64,000 nucleotides of DNA from Azolla caroliniana (GCA_043228905.1 JBHGNT010000009.1:20894001-20958000), one strand, 5' to 3'. Positions 23,872 to 36,874 are shown, counted from the first letter of the stretch. Made by a program: numbers and translations. The notes: a model not told the origin generated them from the letters alone.

Positions 23872-23914
23872 TGTAAACGTAAGTGTTTGCGGAAGCGTAA
23901 AACAGAGAACAACA

Positions 23915-23951
<37 letters not shown>

Positions 23952-26900
23952 CAGAACACAATTTCAAAATTATATCAAGACTCTGTATATACACTGTGCT
24001 AATTAGCACTATTTATACAAGTCCCCTTGGGACTGACAGAAGTACCATGTACTTCAATGCTCACATGAGCATCTGACACTTACTACGAGACTATAGCTAC
24101 CTAGTAGTCTATCCTGTACTAGGCTTCCGATTGGATTGCCGGTTACGGATTGCACCCGGCCTCCATTGCTTGCCGGTTCGGTTGCTCACCGTCATAGCGA
24201 TCCGTTTCGCTTACCGGCTCCGGCTTATTCAGCCGATCCGGCTCCGGTTGAGCTTGCCACTCAACACTCCCCCTCAAGCTCAACCTGAGGTGGGGTCGTA
24301 GTGTCGACCTCTGTGGCAGTCGGTTCTTCCAACCGACTTCTCCTGGCGTCACTCCGCCTTGCTCGCGCTCCTCGTTCGGTCCGGTCCCGTTTGCCGCGAC
24401 CCCTTTGGTTCTGCGCGCCTCGACCCTCTCGGTCGGCATGTCTGCTCAATAGGCCCATCTCAGCACTCACGTTGTTGTGACTCCGGCGCTTGCCAATCCA
24501 TCGGTTCTCCCACGATGGCATCGACTTCCGCTATGTCCGTGTCCCCTTGGCCTTCAGTCGATCCGACTCATCCGGATCCATCTGTTGATCCGAGTCAGCT
24601 ATCTCCGACTCGTTCCAGCTCTTGTTCGAATCGGTACACTCCGAATCGACTTCCGGCTTCAGGCCTCTCACCACATCGGACCACTTCCGAGTCTTGGCCT
24701 TCTCCATGCTTCCCTCGGCTTCTTCAACCGGTGAACCAAAATCAAATTCTTCATTCGACTTTGTATCATGGTCAGTACCGTCGTGATGACCTCCACACAG
24801 CATACGCTTCTCTTCCTGAGTGCACAACTCTTCTTCACAGCCGCTTGCTCCGACCTGTTCGGATGTGTCGACTTCCTTCATCTTCTTGTCTCCTCTTCTT
24901 CCGGCTCTCCTCTTACGGACGGGTTCAACAGTTTTCTGGCCTTTGCCCGTTTCGGTAGAGACTTTGCCCTTGCTTCTCCCCCTCAAGTGCGGCATGTCGA
25001 GATGCTGAATACCAAGCATGTCGGTAAAGTGTTGCAACTTGTCCGATCCGAGCGGCTTGGTGAAGATGTCGGCAACTTGTCGATCCGTATGAACATACCG
25101 TAGGTCAACTTCACCGCTCAGGACCCGCTCACGCACGAAGTGGTAGTGCACCTCGATGTGCTTTGTGCGAGCATGGAACACAGGGTTCCTGGCGAGCTAC
25201 AGGCTGCTCATGTTATCGCAGTAAATCGGGATCGGAGTCGGTACCTCGATCCGCAAGTCTCGCAGGAGTCGCCGAAGCCAGATGGCTTCACAAGTGGCAA
25301 TGGTAGCGGCCCGGTACTCGACCTCAGTGCTTGACAAAGCCACTGTGGGCTGCTTCTTGCTGCTCCACGCAACGACCGCGCTACCTATGGAGAACATGTA
25401 TCCGGAAGTGGAGCGGCGATCAAACGCATCACCGGCCCAGTCAGCATCTGTGTAACCGACAAGCTCTTCGGGTATACCTCGCCAGTATAGCAGTCCCCGG
25501 TCCTTAGTGCCGCTGACATACCGTAATATTCGATGCGCGCACTGAAGGTGCTCCACGGTCGGCTTCTACATGAACTGACTTACCATGCCGACCGGATAGC
25601 TGATGTCGGGTCGGGTGATGGTTAAGTAGATCAGGCTTCCGACAACCTGTTGGAACCATTTCTCATTGCAGGCCAGTCCGGAGCTTCTGGTTCCGGTCCA
25701 GGGGTGTGGAGACAGGTCGGCAATCCGTCATGCTGAACTTATACAACATATTCAACACGTAATGTCGTTGTGAGAGCAATATGCCGTCGGGGGTCCGGAT
25801 CACTTCGATCCCAAGAAAATAATGAAGGTCCCCCAGGTCCTTCATTTCGAATGCGTCCGACAACTGGGACTTGACGCGGTTGATTTGGGGAAGACCCGGT
25901 CCGGTAATGCCTAAATCAACCACATACAAGAGTACACATACCGGACCGTCAGAGCCTTGCCGGATGAACAACGAAGAGTCCGACTTAGAGACAGCAAACC
26001 CCAGCTTACGCGTGATCTTCGCGTTCCAAGCTTGGGGGGCTTGCTTCAAGCCGTAAAGCGACTTCTTCAGTCGGCATACCGCCAATTTGTTCATTTCCGA
26101 TTGAAACCCGGGGGGCTGAGTCATAAAGACTTCTTCTTCAAGCTCTCCCTTCGCCACTAACCGGGCTTTGTACTGGTTAACAGAACCATCGGCGTTGTAC
26201 TTGACCTTGTACACCCACTTGCATCCGATCGGTTTACAGTGACGGGGAGGATCAACTAGGTCCCAAGTTTCGTTGGCATCGAGTGCCCGCATTTCTTCGT
26301 CCATAGCGACACGCCAATTTGCGTCCATTGCCGCTTCTACGTAGCTCTCCGGCTCACGCACTTCTGTCACCTTAGTCATGTACGCATAATGATGCGCCAT
26401 GTATTCATTGTACCTGTACCGCACGACGGGATCCTTCTGACGAGTTGATCGGCGCAACGCACCGTCACCTGATTTGAGGCCCTTCTTGGCCAGTTCAGTC
26501 TTCGTTGCCGAAGATCTGCCTTTCTCCTTTCCAAAGTCGGATACGCACCGATCCGACTCATCGTTGCCGGTTTCGAATTCCGGCACCTTCCTCTTCCCCT
26601 TCTCTTTGCGCGTGAACCGTTTCCTCGGTTCCTTGCGCGGGGAGAGCACGGCAGAGTCTCCACCACTTGCCGTCTCTTCATCTGACTGTTCCAACCGACT
26701 CAGTCGCTCGTTCGGTTCACACAACCGAAACAATTCCGGACTCTCATCTTGAGTCCCGGCTTCATCATCCTCTGCCAGGGCTGATTCAGGCTCACTGGCC
26801 TGATCTTCCGGCATTGGGTCGGGATCAGAAGTCCAAGTCGGTACAGAGTACCAGGATGCCGATTCGTCGAACTCGACATCCCGGCTAACTCAGACTTCCT

Positions 26901-29220
26901 TCGCCCGAGGGAAATAGCACTTATACCCCTTTTGCTCTTGAGCATAGCCGACTAGGATGCATTTTTCCGATTTTGCATCCAGCTTTCTCCGCTTCTGATC
27001 CGGTACATGCACATACGTTATGCTGCCGAATATCCGAAGGTGTCTTAAGTTCGGCTTGCGCCCGAAATACAGCTCATGAGCTGACACCTTGTCACCAATG
27101 CGGTTTTGTATGTAGACGGCCGTCCGGACCGCCTCCGCCCAGTAGAACCGGGGCATGCTCTTCTCCTCCAGCATTGTCCTTGTCGCGGAACTCTTGCCGA
27201 ATTCCCTTCTACTGCAGATAACTAGTGAATTGGCCGGAAAAATATTCCTTTCCGCCATCCGACCGAAGGCATTTGATCTTCCTCTCCGATTACCGTTCCA
27301 CCATCTTCTGGAGGCTCCGGAAGCAGTCGAAGACTTCGCTCTTCCGCTCAATGAGGTAGATCCAAGTATGTCGAGTATAGTCGTCAATGAAGAAGACGAA
27401 GTATCGGCTCCCGCCAAGGGTTACACTTTGTGCCGGTTCCCACACATCCGAATGGATGAGATCGAGCTTGTTACGGCTCCGGTTCCGTTTGGTGGGGAAT
27501 GGAACCCGGTGTTGCTTCCCAAGTTGGCAAGCTTCACAGATTTCGGCTCTCCGGCCGCTAAACTTCGGCAAACCGAAAACGACTTGTTTCGTTTGCAAGT
27601 CTTGAAGCCTCCGGTAGTTGACGTGGCCTATCCGCTTGTGCCTGGGTCGATGTTTGACTCGACCTTCTGTCATTTCGCAAACAGAGCGGTGCCAAAGTCA
27701 TTGGTGTGGAGGATAAACATCCTCCCGTCTCGGCGCCCTTGCGCAATGACTTCGCCCTCATCCTCAATGAAGCACTCGAGGTGCGTAAACCGCACCTGCA
27801 TCCCCTGGTCGACAATCTGATCGACAGACACCAGGTTCTTCGTGATTGTCGGAACGTGTAATACGTTCATCAGCTTCCCTTTGTGTCCGACGTGGCTTAG
27901 AGGGACTTCTCCAATGTGCACGATTGGGTGAGGAGTGTCGTCTCCGGTTTCGACTACTCTTGGTTGATCTGGTTTCTCCAGAAAGGAGAACCACTCTTTG
28001 TGGCTCGTCATGTGGTTCGACGCGCCGGAATCAACATACCACACTTCCTCCGTTTTGGAAGTGGTCTTCTTCATTGAGTTTGCCTCGTGATTCATCACCA
28101 AGGCTGGCCCCTTACCGGCCTTTCCGGTTCCGGATCCTCTTGATCCGTTTGCGTAGTGTGAGTTTTGCCGGCCACCCTTACCGGTCTTGCCGGATCCGGA
28201 TTTGTCCGAATCGGCATGCTTTCTCCAGCACTCGCTTTCCCTGTGGTCTTTTTTGCCACAGTACCAGTATTCCGTAGCGGATTTGTCTTGCCGGCCTCCG
28301 GCACCGCCTTGACTCCCCCTGCTTGTGGAAGTCCCGGAACTGCTGTCGGCACGCTCATAGTGCCTCCGTTCCTGCTCTTGCTGGCCGCCTCCATTACGTG
28401 CCGACCCGCCTCTTCCACCACGCCCACGTAGCCGATCCGTTCCCGTGTACAACATTCGGTTGTCCGGGGATGCATTGGTAGATGCACCGGCGTGGTTCTC
28501 CTCTACAAGGAGCATCGACTGTAAGTCGAAGAATGAGGGGGTATTCTCCCTTGTACACACCGTAGTCCGGAACGCTCCAAATTTGGACGCCAGGCCTCCG
28601 AGACATACTTGCACCATCTCGTCTTCCTCTACGGTAACATTGATAGAGGCGAGCAAGTCGCAAATCTCCTTTATCCGGCCCGTGTAGTCTGCCACGGACA
28701 TGTTCTTCTATCGAACATTGCTCAACTCCTGTCTTAGTTGCAGCTTCCGGGCAGTGGTGCTTGCGGCGAAAAACTTTTTCAGGTTCCCCCAAGCATCCTT
28801 CGGTGTCTTGGCGTCACGGATGTGGCTGAGCAGCTGATCGCCGACACTGGACGCGAAGCAGTACATCACCCTGCTTGCCGCCTGTTCCCATACCGAGAAG
28901 TCCTTGTGTGTCGAGTCAGGCGCCGCATCATTCGCTCCTTCGACATAACTCTAGTACCCATGTCCAAGCAGGTACTAGTACATCTTGTAAGACCAGGATG
29001 CGTAGTTGCTCCTGTCGAGCTTCTCCACCGGGAGCGACATAGCCATGCCTCTATCCATGTGTTCTACTGTGTCTGTTTTCGACCTGTTAGGGTTTTCTTC
29101 TCAAGAGTAAATGTCTGCAGCAGAGGTTCTCAACCCTCGCGCTCTGATACCATGTAAACGTAAGTGTTTGCGGAAGCGTAAAACAGAGAACAACACAGAG
29201 AGACAGAGACAGAGAGAGAG
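23872..29220 (-). mobile_element. Ty1/Copia element B: 3' LTR 23872-24266, internal region, PBS 29152-29141, 68-bp stub of the 5' LTR
   Basis: gag, protease WYVDSGASNHMT, integrase, RT and RNase H with stops and deletions; PBS TGGTATCAGAGC; PPT at 24267-24275. Confidence 0.93.
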
Positions 29221-32200
29221 CGGAACGGGAGTCAGAGAGGAAGATCAAATGCCTTCGGTCGGATGGCGGAAAGGAATATTTTTCCGGCCAATTCTCTAGT
29301 TATCTACAGTAGAAGGGAATTTGGCGAGAGTTCAGCTGCAGATACACACCGGAGCAAAACGGTGTGGCCGAAAGGAAGAACCGGACACTCGTCGAAGCGG
29401 CAAGGGCAATGCTGGAGGAGAAGAGCATGCCCCGGTTCTACTAGACGGAGGCGGTCCAGACGGCCGTCTACATACAAAACCGCATTGGTGACAAGGTGTC
29501 AGCTCATGAGCTGTATTTCGGGCGCAAGCCGAACTTAAGACACCTTCGGATATTCGGCAGCATAGCGTATGTGCATGTGCCAGATCAGAAGCGGAGAAAG
29601 CTGGATGCAAAATCGGAAAAATGCATCCTAGTCGGCTATGCTCAAGAGCAAAAGGGGTATAAGTGCTATAACCCCCGGACGAAGCAAGTCCGAGTTAGCC
29701 GGGATGTCGAGTTCGACGAATCGGCATCCTGGTATTCCGTACCGACTCCAACTTCCGATCCCGATCCAATGCCGGAAGATCAGGCCAATGAGCCTGAATC
29801 AACCCTGGCAGAGGATGATGAAGCCGGGACTCAAGATGAGAGTCCGGAATCATTACGGTTGAGTGGACCGAACAAGCGACTGAGTCGGTTGGACCAGTCG
29901 GATGAAGAGACGGCAAGTGGTGGAGACTCTGTCGTGCTCTCCCCGTGCAAGGAACCAAGGAAACAGTTCACACGCAAAGAGAAGGGGAAGAGGAAGATGC
30001 CGGAATTCGAAACCGGCAACGATGAGTCGGATCGGTGCGTATCCGACTCCGGAAAAGAAAAAGGCGGATCTTCGGCAACGAAGACCGAACTGGCCAAGAA
30101 GGGACTCAAATCAGGTGACGGTGCGTTGCGCCGATCAACCCGCCAGAAGGATCCCGTCATGCGGTACGGGTAAAATGAATACATGGCGCATCATTATGCG
30201 TACATGACTAAGGTGACAGAAGTGCGTGAGCCGGAGAGCTACGCAGAAGCGGCAAAGGACGCAAATTGGCGTGCCGCTATGGACAAAGAAATGCGGGCAC
30301 TCGATGCCAACGAAACTTGGGACCTAGTTGATCCTCCCCGTCATTGTAAACCGATCGGATGCAGGTGGGTGTACAAGGTCAAGTACAACGCCGACGGTTC
30401 TGTTAACAGGTACAAAGCCCGGTTAGTGGCGAAGGGATACGCGCAGACCCACGGAATCGACTACGACGAGACCTTCGCTCCTGTGGCGAAGATGACGACG
30501 GTTCGTGTGGTACTGGCGGTTGCTGCGGCAAGGGGGTGGCATCTTCACTAGATAGATGTGAAGAACGCCTTCCTTCAAGGGGAGCTTGAAGAAGAAGTCT
30601 TTATGACTCAGCCCCCCGTATTTCAATCGGAGATGAACAAGTCGACGGTATGCCGATTGAAGAAGTCGCTTTACGGCTTGAAGCAAGCCCCCCGAGCTTG
30701 GAACGCGAAGATCACGCACCGGTTGCGTAAGCTGGGGTTTGTTGTCTCTAAGTCGGACTCTTCGTTGTTCATCCGGCAAGGCTCTGACGGTCCGGTATGT
30801 ATACTCTTGTATGTGGATGATTTAGTCATCACCGGACCGGGTCTTCCCGAAATCAACTGCGTCAAGTCCCAGTTGTCGGACGCATTCGAAATGAAGGACA
30901 TGGGGGACCTTCATTATTTTCTTGGGATCGAAGTGATCCGGACCCCCGACGGCATATTGCTCTCACAACGACATTACGTGTTGAATATGTTGTATAAGTT
31001 CGGCATGACGGATTGACGACCTGTCTCCACACCCCTGGACCGGAACCAGAAACTTCGTCCCAACTACGGACCGGCCTGCAATGAGAAACGGTTCTGATAG
31101 GTTGTCGAAAGCCTGATCTACTTAACCATCATCCGACCTGACATCAGTTATCCGGTCGGGATGGTAAGTCGGTTCATGCAGAAGCCAACCGTGGTGCACC
31201 TTCAGTGCGCACAACGAATATTACGGTATGTCAGCGGCACTAAGGACCGGGGACTACTATACCGGCGAGGTATACCCGAAGAGCTTGTCAGTTACACAGA
31301 TGCTGACTGGGCCGGTGATGCGTCTGATCGCCGCTCCACTTCCGGATACATGTTCTCCATAGGTAGCGCGGCCGTTGCGTGGAGCAGCAAGAAGCAGCCC
31401 ACAGTGGCTTTGTCAAGCACTGAGGCTGAGTACCGGGCCGCTACCGTTGCCACTTGTGAAGCCATCTGGCTTCGGCGACTATTGCGAGACTTGCGGATCG
31501 AGGTATCGACCCCGATCCCGATTTACTGCGATAACATGAGCAGCCTGTAGCTCGCCAGGAACCCTGTGTTCCATGCTCGCACAAAGCACATCGAGGTGCA
31601 CTACCACTTCGTGCGTGAGCAGGTCCTGAGCGGTGAAGTTGACCTACGGTATGTTCATACGGATCGGCAAGTTGCCGACATCTTCACCAAGCCGCTCGGA
31701 TCGGACAAGTTGCAGCACTTTACCGACATGCTTGGTATTCAGCATCTCGACGTGCCACACTTGAGGGGGAGAAGCAAGGGCAAAGTCTCTATCGAAACGG
31801 GCAAAGGCCAAAAAACTGTTGAACCCGTCGGTAAGAGGAGAGCTGGAAGAAGAGGAGACAAGAAGATGAAGGAAGCCGAGTCGACGAAGGAAGTCGACAC
31901 ATCCAAACAGGTCGGAGCAAGCGGTTGTGAAGAAGAGTTGTGCACTCAGGAAGAGAAGTGCATGCTATGCGGAGGTCATCACGACGGTACTGACCATGAT
32001 ACAAAGTCGAATGAAGAATTCGATTTCGGTTCACCGGCTGAAGAAGCCGAGGGAAGCATGGAGAAGGCCAAGACTCGGAAGTGGTCCGATGTGGTGAGAC
32101 GCCTAAAGCCGGAAGTCGAATCAGAGTGTATCGATTCGGACAAGAGCTGGAACGAGTCGGATCGACGGAAGGCCAAGGGGACACGGACACAGCGGAAGTC

Positions 32201-32758
32201 GATGCCATCGTGGGAGAACCGACGGATCGGCAAGCGCCGGAGTCACAGCAACGTGAGTGCTGAGATGGGCCTATTGAGCAGACATGCCGACCGAGAGGGT
32301 CGAGGCACGCAGAACCAAAGGGGTCGCGGCAAACGGGACCGAACCGGACGAGGAGCGCGAGCAAGGCGGAGTGACGCCAGGAGAAGTCAGTTGGAAGAAC
32401 TGACTGCCAAAGAGGTCGACACTACGACCCCACCTCAGGTTGAGCTTGAGGGGGAGTGTTGAGCGGCAAGCTCAACCGGAGCCAGATCGGTTGAATAAGC
32501 CGGAGCCGGTAAGCGAAACGGATCGGTATGACGGTGAGCAACCAAACCGGCAAGCAGTGGAGGCCGGGTGCAATCCGTAACCGGAAGCCTAGTATAGGAT
32601 AGACTACTAGGTAGCTATAGTCTCGTAGTAAGTGTTAGATGCTCGTGTGAGCATTGAAGTACATGGTACTTCTGTCAGTCCCAAGAGGACTTGTATAAAT
32701 AGTGCTACTTAGCACAGTGTGTATACAGAGTCTCGATATAATTTTGAAATTGTGTTCT

Positions 32759-32794
<36 letters not shown>

Positions 32795-32833
32795 GTTCTC
32801 TGTTTTACGCTTCCGCAAACACTTACGTTTACA
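29221..32833 (+). mobile_element. Ty1/Copia element C (same family as B), mid-integrase to 3' LTR 32457-32833, inverted relative to B
   Basis: Reverse-complement match to ~27301-23872; RT YVDDL, RNase H, PPT at 32448-32456. Confidence 0.93.
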
Positions 32834-32879
32834 ATAAGACCAACAAAAGAAACATTAGTACATAGGCTCGGATACCAAA

Positions 32880-33337
32880 TATTAGATACATGTACTAAAG
32901 TAAGCATTAGATAAGGATAGATCTAGGTAGATAGAAAGAAAGGAGAGAGAGAGAAAGAAGGGTGTCGATCCACCCGACCACCCCCGAGCGAAGGGATCGA
33001 GATGGACTCGAGCCTCGATCGACATCCCATACCACCACCGTGGCGTCAAGTCATACCTGGTGCTGGCGCGCTCGTTACAAGAGTTGACCCACCACAAGAC
33101 AGAGTCTCGACGTAGTCAACAAGATAATGAAATGAGGGTAGCTAGGCCTCTATTTATAGCGATACCCAAGGCCCCCAGCCATGTTCACACTTGACCTAAT
33201 GGGTTGTCTCAATCCCGAGGATTTAAAAGTAATCATCCCCTTCTTTACACTCTCGTTTAACCCTCACACTTATCCATGTGTATAGAATACTACGGTAGAT
33301 TCTCACCACAAGATATTATATGGTCATGCCCGTAACA
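32880..33337 (-). repeat. 5' LTR of the host chromovirus
   Basis: Pairs with 9198-9653; followed on the minus strand by TT and the PBS. Confidence 0.9.
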
Positions 33338-33720
33338 TAAACTGGTTGGTGCATGCCCTTTACCCAAAGGACCCAATGCCCTTCATGCACTATGGGTATG
33401 AATAAAAAATCGTGTTCGAGTACTTTTCAAAGGATGTCGTTGACCTTATTGATTTTCTTGTATAGTTGGATCCAAAGTGGATCGACTATCCGAAATCAGT
33501 CGGATATGTGTTGTGGTTGTGTGTATTCCGTCCACATATGGAAGACATTCATGGACCACGTCGATGCCATCTCTCCATGGGTGCACATGGATCGCAATTC
33601 ACCTTCCTCGACGTAAACAGACAAATCCAACCTTCTATAAAAATGTTGGAATCTATTTTGCGTCAAAAAATTATAACATGAGAATACCATTTGAATATTG
33701 ATCGTTAGGGCACTAAACCA
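33338..33720 (-). pseudogene. Ulp1/C48 protease-like gene, N-terminal half with catalytic His
   Basis: ...FRIVDPLWIQLYKK...LEHDFLFIPIVHEGHWVLWV runs up to the TSD; two in-frame TGA; upstream limit uncertain. Confidence 0.7.
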
Positions 33721-35524
33721 AAATGTACAACATACTACATTGTGGATGTCATTCCATTTGTCACGGATAGGGATTTGATGACTTTCCCATACGCAATTTG
33801 AACGTAGCTTGATTTGAACAAACTGATTTGAAGACAAAGAAGATAGAGAAGAAGAAGAAGAAGACAAATGAGAATCTACTTTCGCACATATAAGATCAAT
33901 GAGAATTAGAGGCATCAACACTAATACTAAAAAGTTGTTAACTTAATTTTACTAAAATAATTATGCCATTGGTAAAGACGTATTAATACATACAACTCAT
34001 TATACCAATAAACCATAAAACAACCAACTTATTATACTAAAATACATTATTTAGTCTAGTCTATCATCCACCCCCGTACATAAAGATTAGAGTAAATTGC
34101 AATGCCAAAGGCACATTCTTGATCAAAATCCACTAATATCCATATATGGATGGACAACCACGTTGTCGTGAGGATTTTCGGCTATGGTGAGAAAATCGAG
34201 TGGGACAAATAAAACGGGGATGTGCAACATTGCACATGTACTTAGTAATTGTAAATGAGAATTAGAAAATAAATATAAAGGGAATGGTGAAATGTAAGGT
34301 GCTAAAGTACACCACAAAGTTCACGATGTGTAAATGTGATGTGCACTTAAGTGCACATGCACATGTAGACTAATGGGAGTGCATGGTGGTGTGTGTGAAA
34401 ATGAGAGGAGAGGGAGTTGAGGCCCTATCAAGCTCCCCTCCTAAGATCAAGTAACGTATTCCCCTTTGAAAATAGTGGAATATTTGGCCTCTCCTTTTGT
34501 AATGAGCCTCACTCACCCCTTTCTACCAAAAAAGGGGGTGAGGGGTCACCATTGAGAGGCTCACCATTTTGTCGTTAGAGGTAGACCGTTAGGGTATTTC
34601 TTCTTCATCTTATCCCTATTTCGTTTTAGGGTTTTCGTTTTGTCATCATGGTAGTAGTTAGGAAGGTTTAGGGTTTCTTTCTCTCTCTCTTTAGTCATTA
34701 TCGTTTCTTCTAGTTGTACTTGAGTTCGATCTAATTGGTCGTGGTTGTAATTGTACTGTGGCTTTCGTGCCCTATAATGGAATTAGCTTGATGAGCCTTA
34801 TCTCCATCTATTTCTCTACCATGTTAATCTCTTCTTCTTTCTCCTAACCTTGTGAGCTTGAAGGACGTAAGGGATAAGCTTTCCCCTCTACTCCCTAGTC
34901 CAAGACCCTCATGGTCCCGCCCAAGCCGACACGCACGTGTGGATTTTTGCAACGACGTGTTGGGATAACATAAAAAATATTCATCTCTTAGCATATAATT
35001 GCATATTCCTTCCAATCCCAAATCCTCACTTTGATGGTATCATACCATAAGTTCTTAACATCCTCAATCAAAGTTTCAATTGCAGTTTGGAGTTTCTCTA
35101 AAGATACAAACATATCTACTCATAAACTATTCGTCATCACTTTCAACAATTCAAAAATTTACTTATAGGGCTACAAATTGGTCCATAAGACATTAAACTT
35201 CTGCTAGAGAAGAACAAATATATAGGTATCGTGATTCTTTCTACATTGCATCAATCAAACAATAGATTTGAAGATTTGAAGATAAAGAAGAAGAAAGAGG
35301 AGAAGGGGAAGAAGAAGAAGAAGCGTCAAAGATGAGCAAAAGAAGAAAGTACTTACCAAGTGGAGGTGGAGGGGGAGGTTCAAGTGCAGGAGCAAGTGCG
35401 AGTGCGGGTACAATTGGTCGAGCGCTGGTGCGAGTGGAGGTGCAATTGGTTGAGCGCAAGGTGTCGCAGGTTTCAAATATTCAAAATTAAGGGAGGAAAA
35501 AGTAAATCTGTAGGATTTTAGTAA

Positions 35525-35880
35525 TGTTGAAGTTGTGCCTGAGTTAGGTAATCAGGTCCAGGTTGGGTTCTAAGTGTTGGGCCAGAGCCAAAGGGTTTAC
35601 GTGTACAAGGATGAGTCGGAGAATAATATTATAATTAGAAGCATAAGTATTAGTTAGGAAATATTATAGGAACGGACGGATTTGCATCTGCATCGATTAA
35701 TAGTGTCGGTAGCCGATAAGGCACCATTTTGTATTTCCTACCAAATGCCTATAAAAGGGTTCGGAATCGATGTAATTGGTTTAACAGAAGTAATATGAGA
35801 TTAGTGTTTTGTTTTGATTCTATTGTGTCTCTGTGTACTTGCCGTTCTGCGCTTCATTTGTTAATCTTACGCGTGTTACA
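35525..35880 (+). repeat. Possible solo LTR
   Basis: TGTTG...GTTACA with an internal CCTATAAAAGGG; flanks AGTAA/ACTAA differ by one base; boundaries uncertain. Confidence 0.35.
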
Positions 35881-36480
35881 ACTAATCTGCTTTGTCTTAA
35901 CAATCCGGAAGTAACCAGTCTACCAGAGTTAGTCGGATCGGAATCAGATAGTCGAATAACAGCCATCCCTTAACCACCCCTTTGGTGAAGTGTTCTGGAA
36001 CGGACACCCTGTGTTTGAGGCTGGAAGGACCGAGTTAGGATTACAAGATTACAAGGACAGGGTAAGGTAATCAGAGTACATGATAGGCTTAGAAAATTAG
36101 AGTCTGGGTTAGGCAGTTAGAAAATTACACTGCTCAGGTTGGGTTTTAGGTGCACATTTTTTATGGATAGTGGTCGAACAGTGCAAATTGCACGTGCCAT
36201 TCGAAACGTGTCCTGCACCGTTCGTGACCGCGATTTCCTCACCAGGCCTAATTATTATTTGGTAGCAAATAGTGTGAAATGCACATAAGATATCAAAACC
36301 AGCCTAGTTAGCTTCTTACTTCTTACTCAATTTATAGTTGATACAAAGGTACCCATTTGGGTTGGCTTAGCTAGAAAGGGTGTGCCAAAAGGGTGGGTCG
36401 GCTTAGGTACATGCATCCTAAAAAGGGTGTGCTAAAAGGGTGGCACAAAGGAACACATGCACACCACAATAGAAACATCA

Positions 36481-36567
36481 CATCCATCCATACATACATA
36501 CATACATACACAACTACATACATACGTACCTACGTACGTTCATACACAACTACATACATACATACAT

Positions 36568-36602
<35 letters not shown>
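36481..36602. repeat. (TACA)n/(CA)n microsatellite
   Basis: Seen directly. Confidence 0.9.
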
Positions 36603-36845
36603 TAGACACATACGTAGATATACATATGATCCAACATGCCGTCGGCCGGGCAAAGGAGATTTCGGAGCCCAAAAGGTTAACTGGAGGCCCGGGTTGAGTG
36701 GATGGATCATCAAAGAGACATTAACTGTCTCTTTTCTCAAATGTTTTGTATGCAAATGCACACACATCATTCCATGTTATGTCTTTGTTGCCCTTCATTG
36801 CACATGGATGCCAAAATAATTCAATTCTGCACACGCAGGTAAGAA

Positions 36846-36874
36846 CCTAACCCTAACCCTAACCCTAACCCTAA
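36846..36874 (+). promoter_or_regulatory. Telo-box-like (CCCTAA)4 in a probable 5' UTR intron (36839-36906)
   Basis: CAG|GTAAG...GCTGAC...GGCAG just upstream of the ATG at 36930. Confidence 0.5.

Larger units (their letters stand above)
9198..33337 (-). mobile_element. Ty3/Gypsy chromovirus-type retrotransposon (host element) with several nested insertions
   Basis: Two ~457-bp LTRs, 5-bp TSD TAAAC (9193-9197 and 33338-33342), PBS TGGTATCCGAGC at 32877-32866, PPT at 9654-9667, domain order gag-PR-RT-RH-INT-chromodomain on the minus strand. Confidence 0.93.

Noticed and set aside
11800-32400. Numerous 60-220-aa overlapping ORFs opposite the TE genes
   Set aside because: Expected shadow ORFs in GC-rich retroelement coding sequence; no domain signatures.
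34800-35480. Short minus-strand ORFs with exon-like features
   Set aside because: Low complexity and no recognisable domain; a gene call cannot be supported.
36846-36874. Interstitial telomere or chromosome-fusion scar
   Set aside because: Only about four units, located at a gene 5' end, which fits a telo-box or microsatellite.
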